Numbered from the stretch's first letter, positions 1 through 9,261 are shown. The stretch is 50,095 nucleotides of DNA from a virus (IMGVR_UViG_646564533_000009); one strand, 5' to 3'. The notes: generated from the letters alone by a model not told the origin. Numbers and translations: made by a program.

Positions 1-1284
1 TCAGTGTGGTACATGGATATCGATACCACGGCTAAGTATAAATCTGGTGTTACTACCGTGAAAGACTCGGTACGACTGGATCCGTGGGTGTTTATGTTCT
101 CCGCAGGATATCGTTTTTAATTTTCTCTGCAAAACCTCTGCAAAACTGGTCATCAAATGACCAGTTTTTTTCCATTCCTTACCGCGTGCGTCGTTGTAAA
201 TATCGGTCATTTTTTGATTCGAATGGCCTAGCAAAATTTTGGTATCAACCCCCTGCTCTCTGAACAATCGCTCTGATAAAGATCTCTGCTCATGGAAAGA
301 GGGTGGGGTGCCATTAGCACGCCAGTTGTAATCCACAGAATCCCGGGCTTTTTTAAATGCAACGGTTAATGTTGCTGGCTTAACCATCCCGCCGCGCTTA
401 GCTGTCCCTTTCGCGTGATGGTGGTGCAATAGCCACGGACTAAGAACGCAATCGCGGCAGGATGACACCACATCATCTAGGGTGAGATTTAATTTATCGC
501 AACGCAGAGCCAGAGGGATGGCAATCCGGGTTCCTGTTTTTTGCTGTTCGACATGACGATAACCATCCCGGATATCCGAAAATTGCATTTTGCAAATATC
601 TGAAAGGCGCTGGCCTGTCATCAGTGCCAGCAGCATACCGCGCTGTAAAAAGTAACCATCCTTTTCCGCTGCGTTATAAATCATCATCCACTCATCAAAA
701 GTCAGTCGCTGTCTTGATATCCGCACCTGCGGTTTTTTTGCAGATTCTGCAGGGTTAAAGCCTGGCGGGACATCGCCCGTTTGCTGAGCTTCCCGGAAAA
801 CATCGATCAGTACTTTCCTGAAAATTTGTCCCATTCTGTTATGTCCTCTGGCCTTGTACTCTTCCAGTACTGATACCACATCTTTTACGGTTATGGCATC
901 TAACGGTCTGGTGCCAAAACGTTCATCAAATACCCTGAGAGGGGCCGCTTTCTGTTTCAGCGTGTTGAGTTTGATCTCGCCGTTTTCATATCTTTCCTGT
1001 TGAATTTTTCTGTAATTATTCAGAAAAATGGTAACGGTTGATGAACCGCCGGTATCACTAATAATTTTCTCCTGCAGACTGAGCATTTGTTCCATTTGCT
1101 GCCGGGCAAGACGGCTGTTCGCTTCTGCTGCAATAGTTTCTGCCAGTTTCTGGTCAATACTGCCGAGACCGTGATTTTTGCCTGTTATGGGATGCCTGTA
1201 ACGCCAGTAAACTTTGTTATTTCTTTTGTCAAAATACGGAGATAATCCCGGAACATCGGTTTTATATTTTCGCGGGCGCGCCAT
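1..1284 (-). CDS. int: Phage integrase (tyrosine recombinase)
   Basis: 427-aa ORF whose stop is at the window edge; terminal position in the prophage next to an excisionase-like gene; integrase-like sequence (recalled family resemblance). Confidence 0.85.
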   Translation of the reverse strand: MARPRKYKTDVPGLSPYFDKRNNKVYWRYRHPITGKNHGLGSIDQKLAETIAAEANSRLARQQMEQMLSLQEKIISDTGGSSTVTIFLNNYRKIQQERYENGEIKLNTLKQKAAPLRVFDERFGTRPLDAITVKDVVSVLEEYKARGHNRMGQIFRKVLIDVFREAQQTGDVPPGFNPAESAKKPQVRISRQRLTFDEWMMIYNAAEKDGYFLQRGMLLALMTGQRLSDICKMQFSDIRDGYRHVEQQKTGTRIAIPLALRCDKLNLTLDDVVSSCRDCVLSPWLLHHHHAKGTAKRGGMVKPATLTVAFKKARDSVDYNWRANGTPPSFHEQRSLSERLFREQGVDTKILLGHSNQKMTDIYNDARGKEWKKTGHLMTSFAEVLQRKLKTISCGEHKHPRIQSYRVFHGSNTRFILSRGIDIHVPH

Positions 1285-1510
1285 CTTCCAGTATCCTCTT
1301 CAAAGCAGGGTGATCTGTGGCGATCACCTCCGGCTTGTTTACCATTCCGACAAAGCGAGCTTGCGGATCCACTCGCCAGCGTCTTCCAACTTTTTTGGGG
1401 AGAGGAAATATCATTCCGGCTTTAGCGTATTTACTTAACGTACTCGGAGTAGGGACCGGTTCACTGAATTCCTCTTTTGCCCACTCAGTGAGCAGAATAA
1501 GTCTTGCCAT
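1262..1510 (-). CDS. xis: Excisionase-like DNA-binding protein
   Basis: 82-aa ORF immediately upstream of int and overlapping its start; small basic protein (MARLILLTEWAKEEF...KKVGRRWRV) typical of lambdoid Xis. Confidence 0.7.
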   Translation of the reverse strand: MARLILLTEWAKEEFSEPVPTPSTLSKYAKAGMIFPLPKKVGRRWRVDPQARFVGMVNKPEVIATDHPALKRILEDGAPAKI

Positions 1511-1574
1511 GAGCGTCGTTCGCTAATCATGGTCGCCGCCACTATAGCTGGTGGGCAACGACCGGGGTTGAACA

Positions 1575-4025
1575 TTAAAAATCAGCCTGATTCGGGAGCA
1601 GTTTTTGCCAGATAGTTGAAACGTATTTTGCCTGGTAACGGGCATCATCCAGCGCATTGTGGCGCTCACCTTCGAATGGGATAGCAGTTCTGGCATCGAA
1701 GTCTACGGCTTTCCCCAGCTCAACGATTGTGCGTACATCGCGATCGTTGCAGTAGCGCCACGGGCAGGGGATACCCTGTCGTTCGTATGAACGGCGCAAA
1801 ATAGTGTTGTCGAAGTTGGCCCCATTACCCCAGACCTGAACAAAAAACTCACCGGAGTTTTCGTCGATAAATTCCCGCAATTGCAGTAGTGCATCATCTA
1901 ACGGGATTTCATCGGTCATAATGGCAGACTGCGCTTCACGTGATTGCTTCAGCCACCATTTAATGACGTCACGATCAATGACTCCGCCAGCAGTATCCAG
2001 ATCGATGGTCTTGCTAAATTCTGGTCCCATATCTCCGGTTTGCGGATCGAAAAATATTGCGCCTATTGAGATAATCGGGGCATCGGGATTTTTTCCCATG
2101 GTTTCAAGGTCGATCATCAGATGAATCCCCGCTCTGCTGGTGGATGTGAGATTATGATGACTGTTCGCCTTAATTAAGGGATCTGACGCCTCGCCAGTTT
2201 CACTATCGCTGGCATGATGCTGATTGCCGCCAGTGTTCTCCTTGTGCTGATGTGCAGTACCTTCCATTTCCTCCGGATCATTTTCCTGAACTTCAGGCTG
2301 ATTCTCTTCATCGAATATTTCCTGGTATGTTGCGTCGCCCATCACCGCGCCACAATCAGGGCAGTTGCCGCCGCCGGTCTGACCGCAGGCGGTGCAGACT
2401 TTTTCCACTTCCTGTTGCGCCACTGGTTCAGGCTGTTTCGTTTCTGGCTCGTTTTGTAACGCATTTGGGCTGTTCTGTTCCGTTTCTTGCTGGTTCTGGT
2501 TCACAGAATCGCGGGTTTCAATCCCCTTCACCCATTTCGGATCATTCGGGTCGCTAATCCCTGCAACAAATTCACCACGTGATGCGGCGAGCAACTGATT
2601 GGCGTCAGGCTGGCTGATATTGGCTGCCTGCATAATTTTCTTTACTTCGTCAGCGGTAACTTTTACCGGTTCTGGTTGTTCAGAATTTTGTGCGGTATTT
2701 GCATTTTGCGGTAAGCCTGTGTATGTGCCATTTTTTCGGGCAAAATATTCTTCTTTTGTGATTTCAGTAGCCCCGGCAGCCAGCGCCTTATCCAGACCAG
2801 AAAGTTTGTTTGCGCGACCGTATTTTTCGCAATCCTTGTCGGTGAAGAGGAAGTAGAACGGCCCCTCACGCTCTACAGATGGTTCGACTTCCACTTTGCA
2901 TTCGGTTTTTTCGTTGTCCGGAATTGCCGTTTCCACTGCATCAGTTTCTGGTACTGGCGACGAGAGAGTGTCAGTTGCGCTCTGATTTGTTCCTTCATCT
3001 TCAAACACGCCCTTTGTAGTCAGGTATTCAGTAATGTATTTGTTCAGTGCCACAGGGTCTTTGTGAATGTCGATCGGACGTTCACGGACAAGGCCAAAAA
3101 TAGTCTGGCGGTCGTAGCGAAGGGCATCAGGCTGTTTGCGCATTGATGCCGAGATACGCTTCCAGTCTTCGCGGTCGTTGTCGATAACTTCATTTTTTGC
3201 CCAGCGATGGATGCTGCCGTCAATGTTTCCGGCATCCACATCACCAGGCCAGAGAGCGTAGGCCAGTTCGTCATCCAGTGTTTTCCATGTCTGCTTATAT
3301 TCGCGACGAATGACTGCAGTGACAGGGGGGATTTTTTCTGCTGAGTTTTCAGTGTGCTGTCGGTGGACTCTGGCGCGGGCGAGATCAACAACAGACGTGT
3401 ATTTTCCGGTTTCCTTGCGTTCACCTTCGCGACGTTTTTTCCAGATGCGCATTTCTGCCTGAATTTCGGGCCATTTGGCACCAGGCTTACATTTATGCTT
3501 AACCCACCCGATGGCATGCAGCTTAAGCTCCGGATACATGGCGTTAACTTCTGGCATTTTCATCAACGCTTCAACGATATGTCCGTCGAATGTTGCCATG
3601 TCTTCCTGCAACAATTCCTGCGCGCTAATCACCATATCAACGGTGATGTTTTCACATGTGTCGAACTTAACCATGACAGCGTTCTGTACTTCAGGGGCCA
3701 GCTTGTCAAAAGCGACGTTCATCGGATCTGATTCAGTCTCAACCGGGACAAAGGAAGCAGCCCCCTCATCCCAGCGGTTTTCCTGCATATATTCAGCATC
3801 CCAGGAATCGAGGGCAGGGCGGGGTATACCGGGTTTATCCTCGCAAACAAGAAATTTATAAGCGCAGTCCTGAGCAGCCGGATAATGCTCCAGGAATTGC
3901 CAGTGAAATTTTGCGCGGGCGCGACGTTCATCACCGGCTTCAATGGCAGTGGCTACAGCGACTGCACCTTCTTCCTTTATTGCCTGTTCGTCCGGAATGG
4001 CGGCGCAAATAAAGACTTTACTCAT
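1575..4025 (-). CDS. Exonuclease-family protein (YdfE / exodeoxyribonuclease VIII-like) with internal zinc ribbon and C-terminal DEDDh 3'-5' exonuclease domain
   Basis: 816-aa ORF; C-terminus carries DEDDh-type motifs (MIDLETMG, WGNGANFDNTIL, HNALDDARYQ); CxxC...CxxC pair (CTACGQTGGGNCPDCG); sits in the lambda exo/recombination position between dicB-ydfD and xis-int. Confidence 0.75.
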   Translation of the reverse strand: MSKVFICAAIPDEQAIKEEGAVAVATAIEAGDERRARAKFHWQFLEHYPAAQDCAYKFLVCEDKPGIPRPALDSWDAEYMQENRWDEGAASFVPVETESDPMNVAFDKLAPEVQNAVMVKFDTCENITVDMVISAQELLQEDMATFDGHIVEALMKMPEVNAMYPELKLHAIGWVKHKCKPGAKWPEIQAEMRIWKKRREGERKETGKYTSVVDLARARVHRQHTENSAEKIPPVTAVIRREYKQTWKTLDDELAYALWPGDVDAGNIDGSIHRWAKNEVIDNDREDWKRISASMRKQPDALRYDRQTIFGLVRERPIDIHKDPVALNKYITEYLTTKGVFEDEGTNQSATDTLSSPVPETDAVETAIPDNEKTECKVEVEPSVEREGPFYFLFTDKDCEKYGRANKLSGLDKALAAGATEITKEEYFARKNGTYTGLPQNANTAQNSEQPEPVKVTADEVKKIMQAANISQPDANQLLAASRGEFVAGISDPNDPKWVKGIETRDSVNQNQQETEQNSPNALQNEPETKQPEPVAQQEVEKVCTACGQTGGGNCPDCGAVMGDATYQEIFDEENQPEVQENDPEEMEGTAHQHKENTGGNQHHASDSETGEASDPLIKANSHHNLTSTSRAGIHLMIDLETMGKNPDAPIISIGAIFFDPQTGDMGPEFSKTIDLDTAGGVIDRDVIKWWLKQSREAQSAIMTDEIPLDDALLQLREFIDENSGEFFVQVWGNGANFDNTILRRSYERQGIPCPWRYCNDRDVRTIVELGKAVDFDARTAIPFEGERHNALDDARYQAKYVSTIWQKLLPNQADF

Positions 4026-4117
4026 TTTGTTTTACCTCATTACAGATTTAAGGGTGAACAAATCCCTGCCATTGCTGGCATATAAGAATGAAATCGGATG
4101 TTTATTACGGAACTGTT

Positions 4118-4309
4118 TTAAAGACCTGCCGGGATTTCGTTATTATCCTGGTGAATAACTTTATCGACCGGGTAACAGTTACCGGGAATTTTCTGTTCGG
4201 TTGCTGCAGTCACACACTCCTGCATTGTCCTGTGAACACTGACTGCAATATCAACTGGCTCTCCGGAAACAAGAAAAACTGTCAGAACAAGTGCAAATGC
4301 TGTATTCAT
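4118..4309 (-). CDS. ydfD: YdfD-like small membrane protein (DUF1482-type)
   Basis: 63-aa reading MNTAFALVLTVFLVSGEPVD...; overlaps the dicB stop by 4 nt; matches the Qin prophage dicB-ydfD arrangement (from memory). Confidence 0.65.
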   Translation of the reverse strand: MNTAFALVLTVFLVSGEPVDIAVSVHRTMQECVTAATEQKIPGNCYPVDKVIHQDNNEIPAGL

Positions 4310-4494
4310 TGCCAGCATCCTTTTTGTATCGGACGTAAACGGGCCAGCATTGAAAGAATGCATATTTTATTTAATAACTCCCGTTCGTGTTTTCTCTTGT
4401 TAATGGCATCTTCAGTAAATACAGGGTTACTGATAGTGACACCAATTTCAAAACAACCTTCAGACGTATTAACGTTTGGTAATAACGTTTCCAT
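4306..4494 (-). CDS. dicB: Cell division inhibitor DicB
   Basis: 62-aa METLLPNVNTSEGCFEIGVTISNPVFTEDAINKRK...KGCWQ, near-identical to recalled DicB; lies immediately downstream of a DicF-like sequence. Confidence 0.85.
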   Translation of the reverse strand: METLLPNVNTSEGCFEIGVTISNPVFTEDAINKRKHERELLNKICILSMLARLRPIQKGCWQ

Positions 4495-4663
4495 TATCGC
4501 GTCCTCAACAATGAATTTTGTGATGCGGTGCCTGGTGCCTCCAGGTGACGTTAACCAGTTAACAATTAACGCCGGATACAGTGAATCCCCCCATAACACT
4601 GTTTTTAGCTTTAACTGTTCCGCGTGCGCTTAGCCGCATTCACTGCATCACAAAATTCACTTT

Positions 4664-4719
4664 AAAAAGGGCGGACATCAGTTCATGGGCAAACAGATGC
4701 CGCCAAACGTCACCAGAAA
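4664..4719 (-). ncRNA. dicF: DicF-like small RNA
   Basis: Minus-strand sequence UUUCUGGUGACGUUUGGCGG...CCGCCC followed by a U-run, matching the recalled DicF seed and terminator; positioned upstream of dicB as in Qin. Confidence 0.6.
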
Positions 4720-5263
4720 ATTGATAACAGAGGGCGTTGCAGCGGGGTTGTCACTTAAGCGTATGGTCAACCTGACAACCCGGTGTCCTCAACGGGGAAG
4801 GAATAACCCCGCCATACTTACCGCTGCGCCATTTCGCGGAGTGCCACAACCGGAAGCGCACGGTCGACGAAAATTTAACGACAGGCTATCTATGAACCAG
4901 CAACCTCGCCGTGCGCTTTCGCGTTATGCTCTGACTTTTCAGAGAAATATCCTTTCAGTAAACTGTCAGTGCCGGATGTTCACCCGTGTCCGGCGCACGC
5001 ACTCCACTTCACCCGTGGAGAACTCCTTAATTACCAACCCTCAGGAGGGTGAATGTTAAAATCAACTCTTATTGCTAAATGCCTTTATCAAAATCGCATG
5101 GTAAGCAGCATTTCAATAGGCGAGTCTGCAGTTAAAAGTATTTTCGAAGAGTACTTTCCCGGGCATGATTTTAATAAATGGAATACCAAATTACCGCCAG
5201 CAGTTTCAACGCGTATTCTGAAAGCAACCGAAAGAGCAAGTACAATTCGCGTTAACTATTTCA

Positions 5264-5671
5264 TTAAAGATTTGTGGGATCTTTGATATCCACAGAGCCT
5301 AAAGTATGTGCATATGGATGTGCTATTATGCGCCCTCGCAGATTTGCATCATTTTCTAAATTCACTGAACGAAACAGGGCATCAACAAGGCTCTGTACAA
5401 TGCAAAGGCAATCGAAGACTGTCGCCGTTTCTGTTTTGATTGATGAAAGAACATGGCCATTCACGCAAACAGAAATTACCCGTTTATTAACATCGCTTTC
5501 CTGCTTTTGATTATCAGAACCATATAGCCCAGAAAAAGCATTGCGCACATTACGAACCATATTATCGATGGTTTCTTTTTCTGCGGTACTAAGGTCAAGA
5601 GTAGCCAGTTGTGAACGAACTATATTCGATGCCATTTCCTGTAATGGCGTTGGTAAATCTTTAAATTCCAT
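5264..5671 (-). CDS. Hypothetical protein, early-left operon
   Basis: 135-aa ORF on the strand of the dicA-side leftward operon; no recognisable family. Confidence 0.45.
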   Translation of the reverse strand: MEFKDLPTPLQEMASNIVRSQLATLDLSTAEKETIDNMVRNVRNAFSGLYGSDNQKQESDVNKRVISVCVNGHVLSSIKTETATVFDCLCIVQSLVDALFRSVNLENDANLRGRIIAHPYAHTLGSVDIKDPTNL

Positions 5672-5693
5672 TATTAGCCTCGTTGGTTAGCTA

Positions 5694-5912
5694 TTAACGT
5701 GGGTATGTAATCATTCTGGCAATGCTTAATGCCGCTGCTTTTTCCAGATTGGTGATATCCTGCTCCAGAGCGGACAGATTTTCAGCCTGCTTAGCCCTGG
5801 CTTCATTGGCCCATTTCAGGTCCTGCACCGCCTTAATTTTCTGGTGCATCCACTCATAAAGTTCATCATCGGTATAGTCTGGCGCGATGATGACGGGGTC
5901 TCGTTTCTGCAT
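5694..5912 (-). CDS. Hypothetical small protein, early-left operon
   Basis: 72-aa ORF co-directional with dicB operon genes; 22-bp spacing to the downstream ORF. Confidence 0.45.
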   Translation of the reverse strand: MQKRDPVIIAPDYTDDELYEWMHQKIKAVQDLKWANEARAKQAENLSALEQDITNLEKAAALSIARMITYPR

Positions 5913-5984
5913 GTCGGCTCCTTGTGGTTAGCGTTGCCTGCTTTTTAACCACGTCAGGCGAGGTGGTATCCTCTGAGGGGTCTG

Positions 5985-6341
5985 TTACTCGAGAGGAAAT
6001 TGGTTATGAATACAATCAAGTTTTCTTGCCCAGAATGTGGTGGCTAAGTCTTTGACACATCCTTTAAGCCGCAGGGCTCTGACAGTTTCGCGGGAGCCAT
6101 CTGCAAAAATTGTGGTCACCTTGTAACTGAAGATGAGTCCTCGCAGTTCGATGACGAAATCGTTGACAATATCTTCGGTGCACTCACCAGAGACTTTCTG
6201 AAGTAAAGGCGCATACCGCTTAGTTACCGCTCTGATAACTCTTACCTGTCCGGCAATGGCGCTGATATCAATATAAAGCGCCATCGCTGTTTCTTTGCTG
6301 ATCCCTGGACGCCTTCCATTCTGATGTTTGACTTCGCCCAC
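5985..6341 (-). CDS. Hypothetical protein in lambda N-like position
   Basis: 118-aa ORF; first gene downstream of a putative OL-like operator region left of dicA; true start may be an internal Met. Confidence 0.4.
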   Translation of the reverse strand: MGEVKHQNGRRPGISKETAMALYIDISAIAGQVRVIRAVTKRYAPLLQKVSGECTEDIVNDFVIELRGLIFSYKVTTIFADGSRETVRALRLKGCVKDLATTFWARKLDCIHNQFPLE

Positions 6342-6423
6342 TGAGAAATCCTCTGCTTCCCCTTAACGCCGGGTAGCGGAACTGTTTGCTGAGAACACCG
6401 TGCGGTGTCTTGATGAGTAGAAT

Positions 6424-6437
6424 TTAGAATAGCCTAA
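6424..6437. promoter_or_regulatory. Candidate repressor operator (TTAG-N6-CTAA palindrome), OL-like
   Basis: Perfect palindrome ttagaatagcctaa in the intergenic region downstream of dicA and upstream of the leftward operon; same motif as the two sites between dicA and dicC. Confidence 0.35.
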
Positions 6438-6548
6438 GAGTTATGGTCAAGCTTTTTGTGTAGAAAAACCTAAGCTTCTTGATGTAAAAAACACAAGTAT
6501 TTGAAAGTTTGTGCTTTTTATTACAGAGAGTTGCGAAAAAAAGGGGGG

Positions 6549-6956
6549 TTATTTATTTGCGCTTCTTTTGCGAGCTTTGAGTAGTTCTTCAAAAAGTTTG
6601 TTGAAATTCTCAACTCGAGCACGCATCTCTGACAACAGAGCCTTTTGCTCTGACTCAGGCAGTGCGTCGAACAGTTGAAGCAACTCTTTTTGATCTTCTG
6701 TCAGATTGACTGGCTGATTATCTGGGATCGGTTCGCCTGGTTGCTTATCTTCATCTCCAAAAAGAAGCCAAGTCGGCGAGCACTGAAGCGCCTGGCTCAG
6801 TGCGAATAATCTCTTCCCCGCTGGCTGTGTTTCATCTCTTTCCCATTGAGAAATTGTTACGTGAGCCACTTTGACCAGCTTACCTAATGCGGCCTGAGAC
6901 AGTTTTAATTTTTTTCGCCTGTATAAGAGGCGAGCACCGAAGGTTTCGTTTTTCAT
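6549..6956 (-). CDS. dicA: HTH repressor DicA (cI-like immunity repressor)
   Basis: 135-aa XRE-family HTH protein with strong recalled similarity to DicA (…SQWERDE…LFALSQALQCSPTWLLFGDEDKQP…FNKLFEELLKAR); divergent from dicC. Confidence 0.9.
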   Translation of the reverse strand: MKNETFGARLLYRRKKLKLSQAALGKLVKVAHVTISQWERDETQPAGKRLFALSQALQCSPTWLLFGDEDKQPGEPIPDNQPVNLTEDQKELLQLFDALPESEQKALLSEMRARVENFNKLFEELLKARKRSANK

Positions 6957-6957
6957 A

Positions 6958-7022
6958 TTAGGTAATTCTAATTTTTCTTGACTTAGGTTTCTCTACGATC
7001 TAGTTTCCTTAGGAAAATCTAA
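6958..7022. promoter_or_regulatory. dicA-dicC divergent promoter/operator region with two TTAG-N6-CTAA palindromes
   Basis: ttaggtaattctaa (6958-6971) and ttaggaaaatctaa (7009-7022) in the 76-bp gap between divergent repressor genes. Confidence 0.4.
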
Positions 7023-7032
7023 GGGGTTCGAT

Positions 7033-7260
7033 ATGTTGAAAATTGATGCTATAGCGTTTTTTGGCAGCAAAACAAAGCTTGCCAATGTCGCAGGAGTTAG
7101 GCTGGCAAGCGTTGCTGCATGGGGGGAACTGGTTCCTGAAGGTCGCGCGATGCGCCTGCAAGAGGCATCCGGCGGGGAACTTCAGTACGACCCCAAAGTT
7201 TATGACGAATATCGTAAGGCAAAGCGGGCGGGGCGGTTGAACAATGAAAATCACCACTGA
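7033..7260 (+). CDS. dicC: Cro-like regulator DicC
   Basis: 75-aa MLKIDAIAFFGSKTKLA…RAMRLQEASGGELQYDPKVYDEYRK…, strong recalled match to DicC. Confidence 0.85.
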   Translation: MLKIDAIAFFGSKTKLANVAGVRLASVAAWGELVPEGRAMRLQEASGGELQYDPKVYDEYRKAKRAGRLNNENHH

Positions 7261-7795
7261 ACAGGTTTGTGAGGCTCTGGATACCTGGGTATGCCGACCA
7301 GGAATGACACAGGAGCAGGCGACGATATTAATCACGGAAGCATTCTGGGCTCTGAAAGAACGCCCGAACATCGATGTTCAACGCGTCACGTTTAATGATG
7401 GCGAGGTTGATCAACGGGCGCTGGGCGTTAACCGGGTGAAGATATTCGAACGCTGGAAAGCTATCGACACCAGAGATAAGCGTGACAAATTCACGGCGCT
7501 GATTCCGGCAATTATGGAGGCTATCCGGATCAGCGATTTCAGATTGTATTGTGAAATTACTGACGGAAAAAGCATTACGTACATGATCGCCGGGTTAAAC
7601 AAAGAATATGGCGATGTGGTGGAGTCCGGGCTGCTTTTTGCGGATCCAGTTGTTGTGGAACGTGAGACTGACGAGCTTATAGAAAAAGCTATTGCTTTCA
7701 AGCACGCGTATCGTCAGCAATACCAATATTACTTTGCAGATAAACAAATGTCTGCCAGGGGTTCGTATGAGTATCGATGCACTACGATGGGCTAA
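7244..7795 (+). CDS. YdaT-like protein (cII-position regulatory protein)
   Basis: 183-aa ORF directly after the cro-like gene; central region resembles the YdaT family (recalled). Confidence 0.55.
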   Translation: MKITTEQVCEALDTWVCRPGMTQEQATILITEAFWALKERPNIDVQRVTFNDGEVDQRALGVNRVKIFERWKAIDTRDKRDKFTALIPAIMEAIRISDFRLYCEITDGKSITYMIAGLNKEYGDVVESGLLFADPVVVERETDELIEKAIAFKHAYRQQYQYYFADKQMSARGSYEYRCTTMG

Positions 7796-8807
7796 AAAGG
7801 TGAAAACCGGCAGTTCATCCAGTAAGTCAGTATTGACCTGGCTTGCTGATATGTGCGGTGCCGATTTGTGTGCATACCCGTCTGTATCTGCACTGGCAGA
7901 AGTAACGGAACTGAACAAAAAGACTGTGCAGGACAGCTTACGACACCTGATGGAGATTGGGTTAATTGTTGATACCGGTGAGAGAAAAGGCAGAACAAAG
8001 CAAATTGTGGTGTACCGACTTATCGGTGTAGAAGAAAGTGTTGCCGAGCCTGAATACACCCAAAAACGGGAGTCTTTAAAGGTGGGTAAAATTGGTGCTG
8101 TTAATAAAAACAGTACCGAAAATGGTTATGTTTCAGCACAAAACAGACCCAAAAACAGAACTCTTAGCTGCATGGAAAATAACCAAAGACACCCAAATTT
8201 TCCATCAAAGACACCCAAAAACGGATCACGGAACCCAAAGGAACCCAAAGATCTAAACCCCACACATAACGCACGCGAGAGTGCTCCGACCAGTGAGCAG
8301 GAAGTTTTGTCGTTACAGGCAGCCCCCCCTGTATTCCTGTATGGCCTGAGCGAACCCATCGGAAAATTCCCGATGAGCGATAGCTGGTATCCGTCACGGG
8401 ATTTTCGACGACGGGCTGCGTTGTGGGGGATGGCTTTGCCGGAGACAGAATTTACACCTGCTGAACTTGCCGCCTTCCGGGACTACTGGGCAGCGGAGGG
8501 GAAAGTGTTTACGCAGATTCAGTGGGAGCAGAAATTCGCCCGTCACGTAAATCACGTCAGGGCGCAGGTTAAACCAGTCAGCAAAGGGGTAAACCATGCA
8601 GCAGCACCAGGTGGCACCGCATCACGGGCAGTTCAGGAAATTCGGGCAGCACGTGAGCAGTGGGAACGTGAAAACGGATTTATCAGCGACGGAAACGGCC
8701 TGGAAGCTGTGGGAACTCATGGGGGTGGTTTATTCGAACCGCTGGATCCAGAAGAACGGGGCCGCACCTTCGAAGCTCTGGATTGCACAGATTGGCGCGA
8801 TGACTGA
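7767..8807 (+). CDS. Replication initiation protein (lambda O-like, HTH N-terminus plus DnaT-like domain)
   Basis: ATG at 7767 (MSIDALRWAKK…); N-terminal wHTH replication-initiator-like region; central DSWYPSRDFRRRAALWG…FRDYWAAEG motif; stop overlaps an ATGA at 8800-8807. C-terminal ~70 codons overlap the P-like ORF. Confidence 0.7.
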   Translation: MSIDALRWAKKVKTGSSSSKSVLTWLADMCGADLCAYPSVSALAEVTELNKKTVQDSLRHLMEIGLIVDTGERKGRTKQIVVYRLIGVEESVAEPEYTQKRESLKVGKIGAVNKNSTENGYVSAQNRPKNRTLSCMENNQRHPNFPSKTPKNGSRNPKEPKDLNPTHNARESAPTSEQEVLSLQAAPPVFLYGLSEPIGKFPMSDSWYPSRDFRRRAALWGMALPETEFTPAELAAFRDYWAAEGKVFTQIQWEQKFARHVNHVRAQVKPVSKGVNHAAAPGGTASRAVQEIRAAREQWERENGFISDGNGLEAVGTHGGGLFEPLDPEERGRTFEALDCTDWRDD

Positions 8808-9261
8808 GCAGCAAATCCGGCAGGTCTGCCGCCAGTGCATGGACCGCTGCCGGGCGGGTGAAACATGGCCTCCGGACCTGGCTGAGTTTGTGGCACTGAT
8901 TTCGAAAAGCGGAGCCAATCCATTCGGTCTGACGGTGGATGCTGTGATGGAGGAGTACCGCCGCTGGCGCAATGAGTCCTGGCGATACGACGGAAGTGAT
9001 AAGTACCCGTGGTCTCAGCCTGTGCTGTATCACATTTGCCTCGAGATGCGTTCAAAGGGGATTGAGCGCCAGATGACCGAAGGGGAATTAAAACGGCTTG
9101 CAGAACGGCAACTGACGAAATGGGCAAAGCATGTTAGTAACGGCCTGAGCGTTCCGCCAGTCCGGCGACAACTGGCGGCCCCCAAACGCCCGTCGGGGCC
9201 AACGCCAATTGAGTTGCTGAAACAGGAATATGAACGCCGGAAAGCGGCTGGTTTTGTTTGA
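8596..9261 (+). CDS. Replication protein P-like (DnaB helicase loader)
   Basis: 221-aa ORF; C-terminal half aligns by eye with lambda P (…EYRRWR…YPWSQPVLYHI…LTEGELKRLAERQL…); good RBS (aaagggg) before the ATG at 8596. Start is ambiguous (8596 vs 8800). Confidence 0.7.
   Translation: MQQHQVAPHHGQFRKFGQHVSSGNVKTDLSATETAWKLWELMGVVYSNRWIQKNGAAPSKLWIAQIGAMTEQQIRQVCRQCMDRCRAGETWPPDLAEFVALISKSGANPFGLTVDAVMEEYRRWRNESWRYDGSDKYPWSQPVLYHICLEMRSKGIERQMTEGELKRLAERQLTKWAKHVSNGLSVPPVRRQLAAPKRPSGPTPIELLKQEYERRKAAGFV

Noticed and set aside
4685-5286. Plus-strand ORFs (124 aa and 77 aa) near DicF
   Set aside because: They overlap the DicF-like sRNA antisense or lie in the leader of the leftward operon, with no supporting signals.
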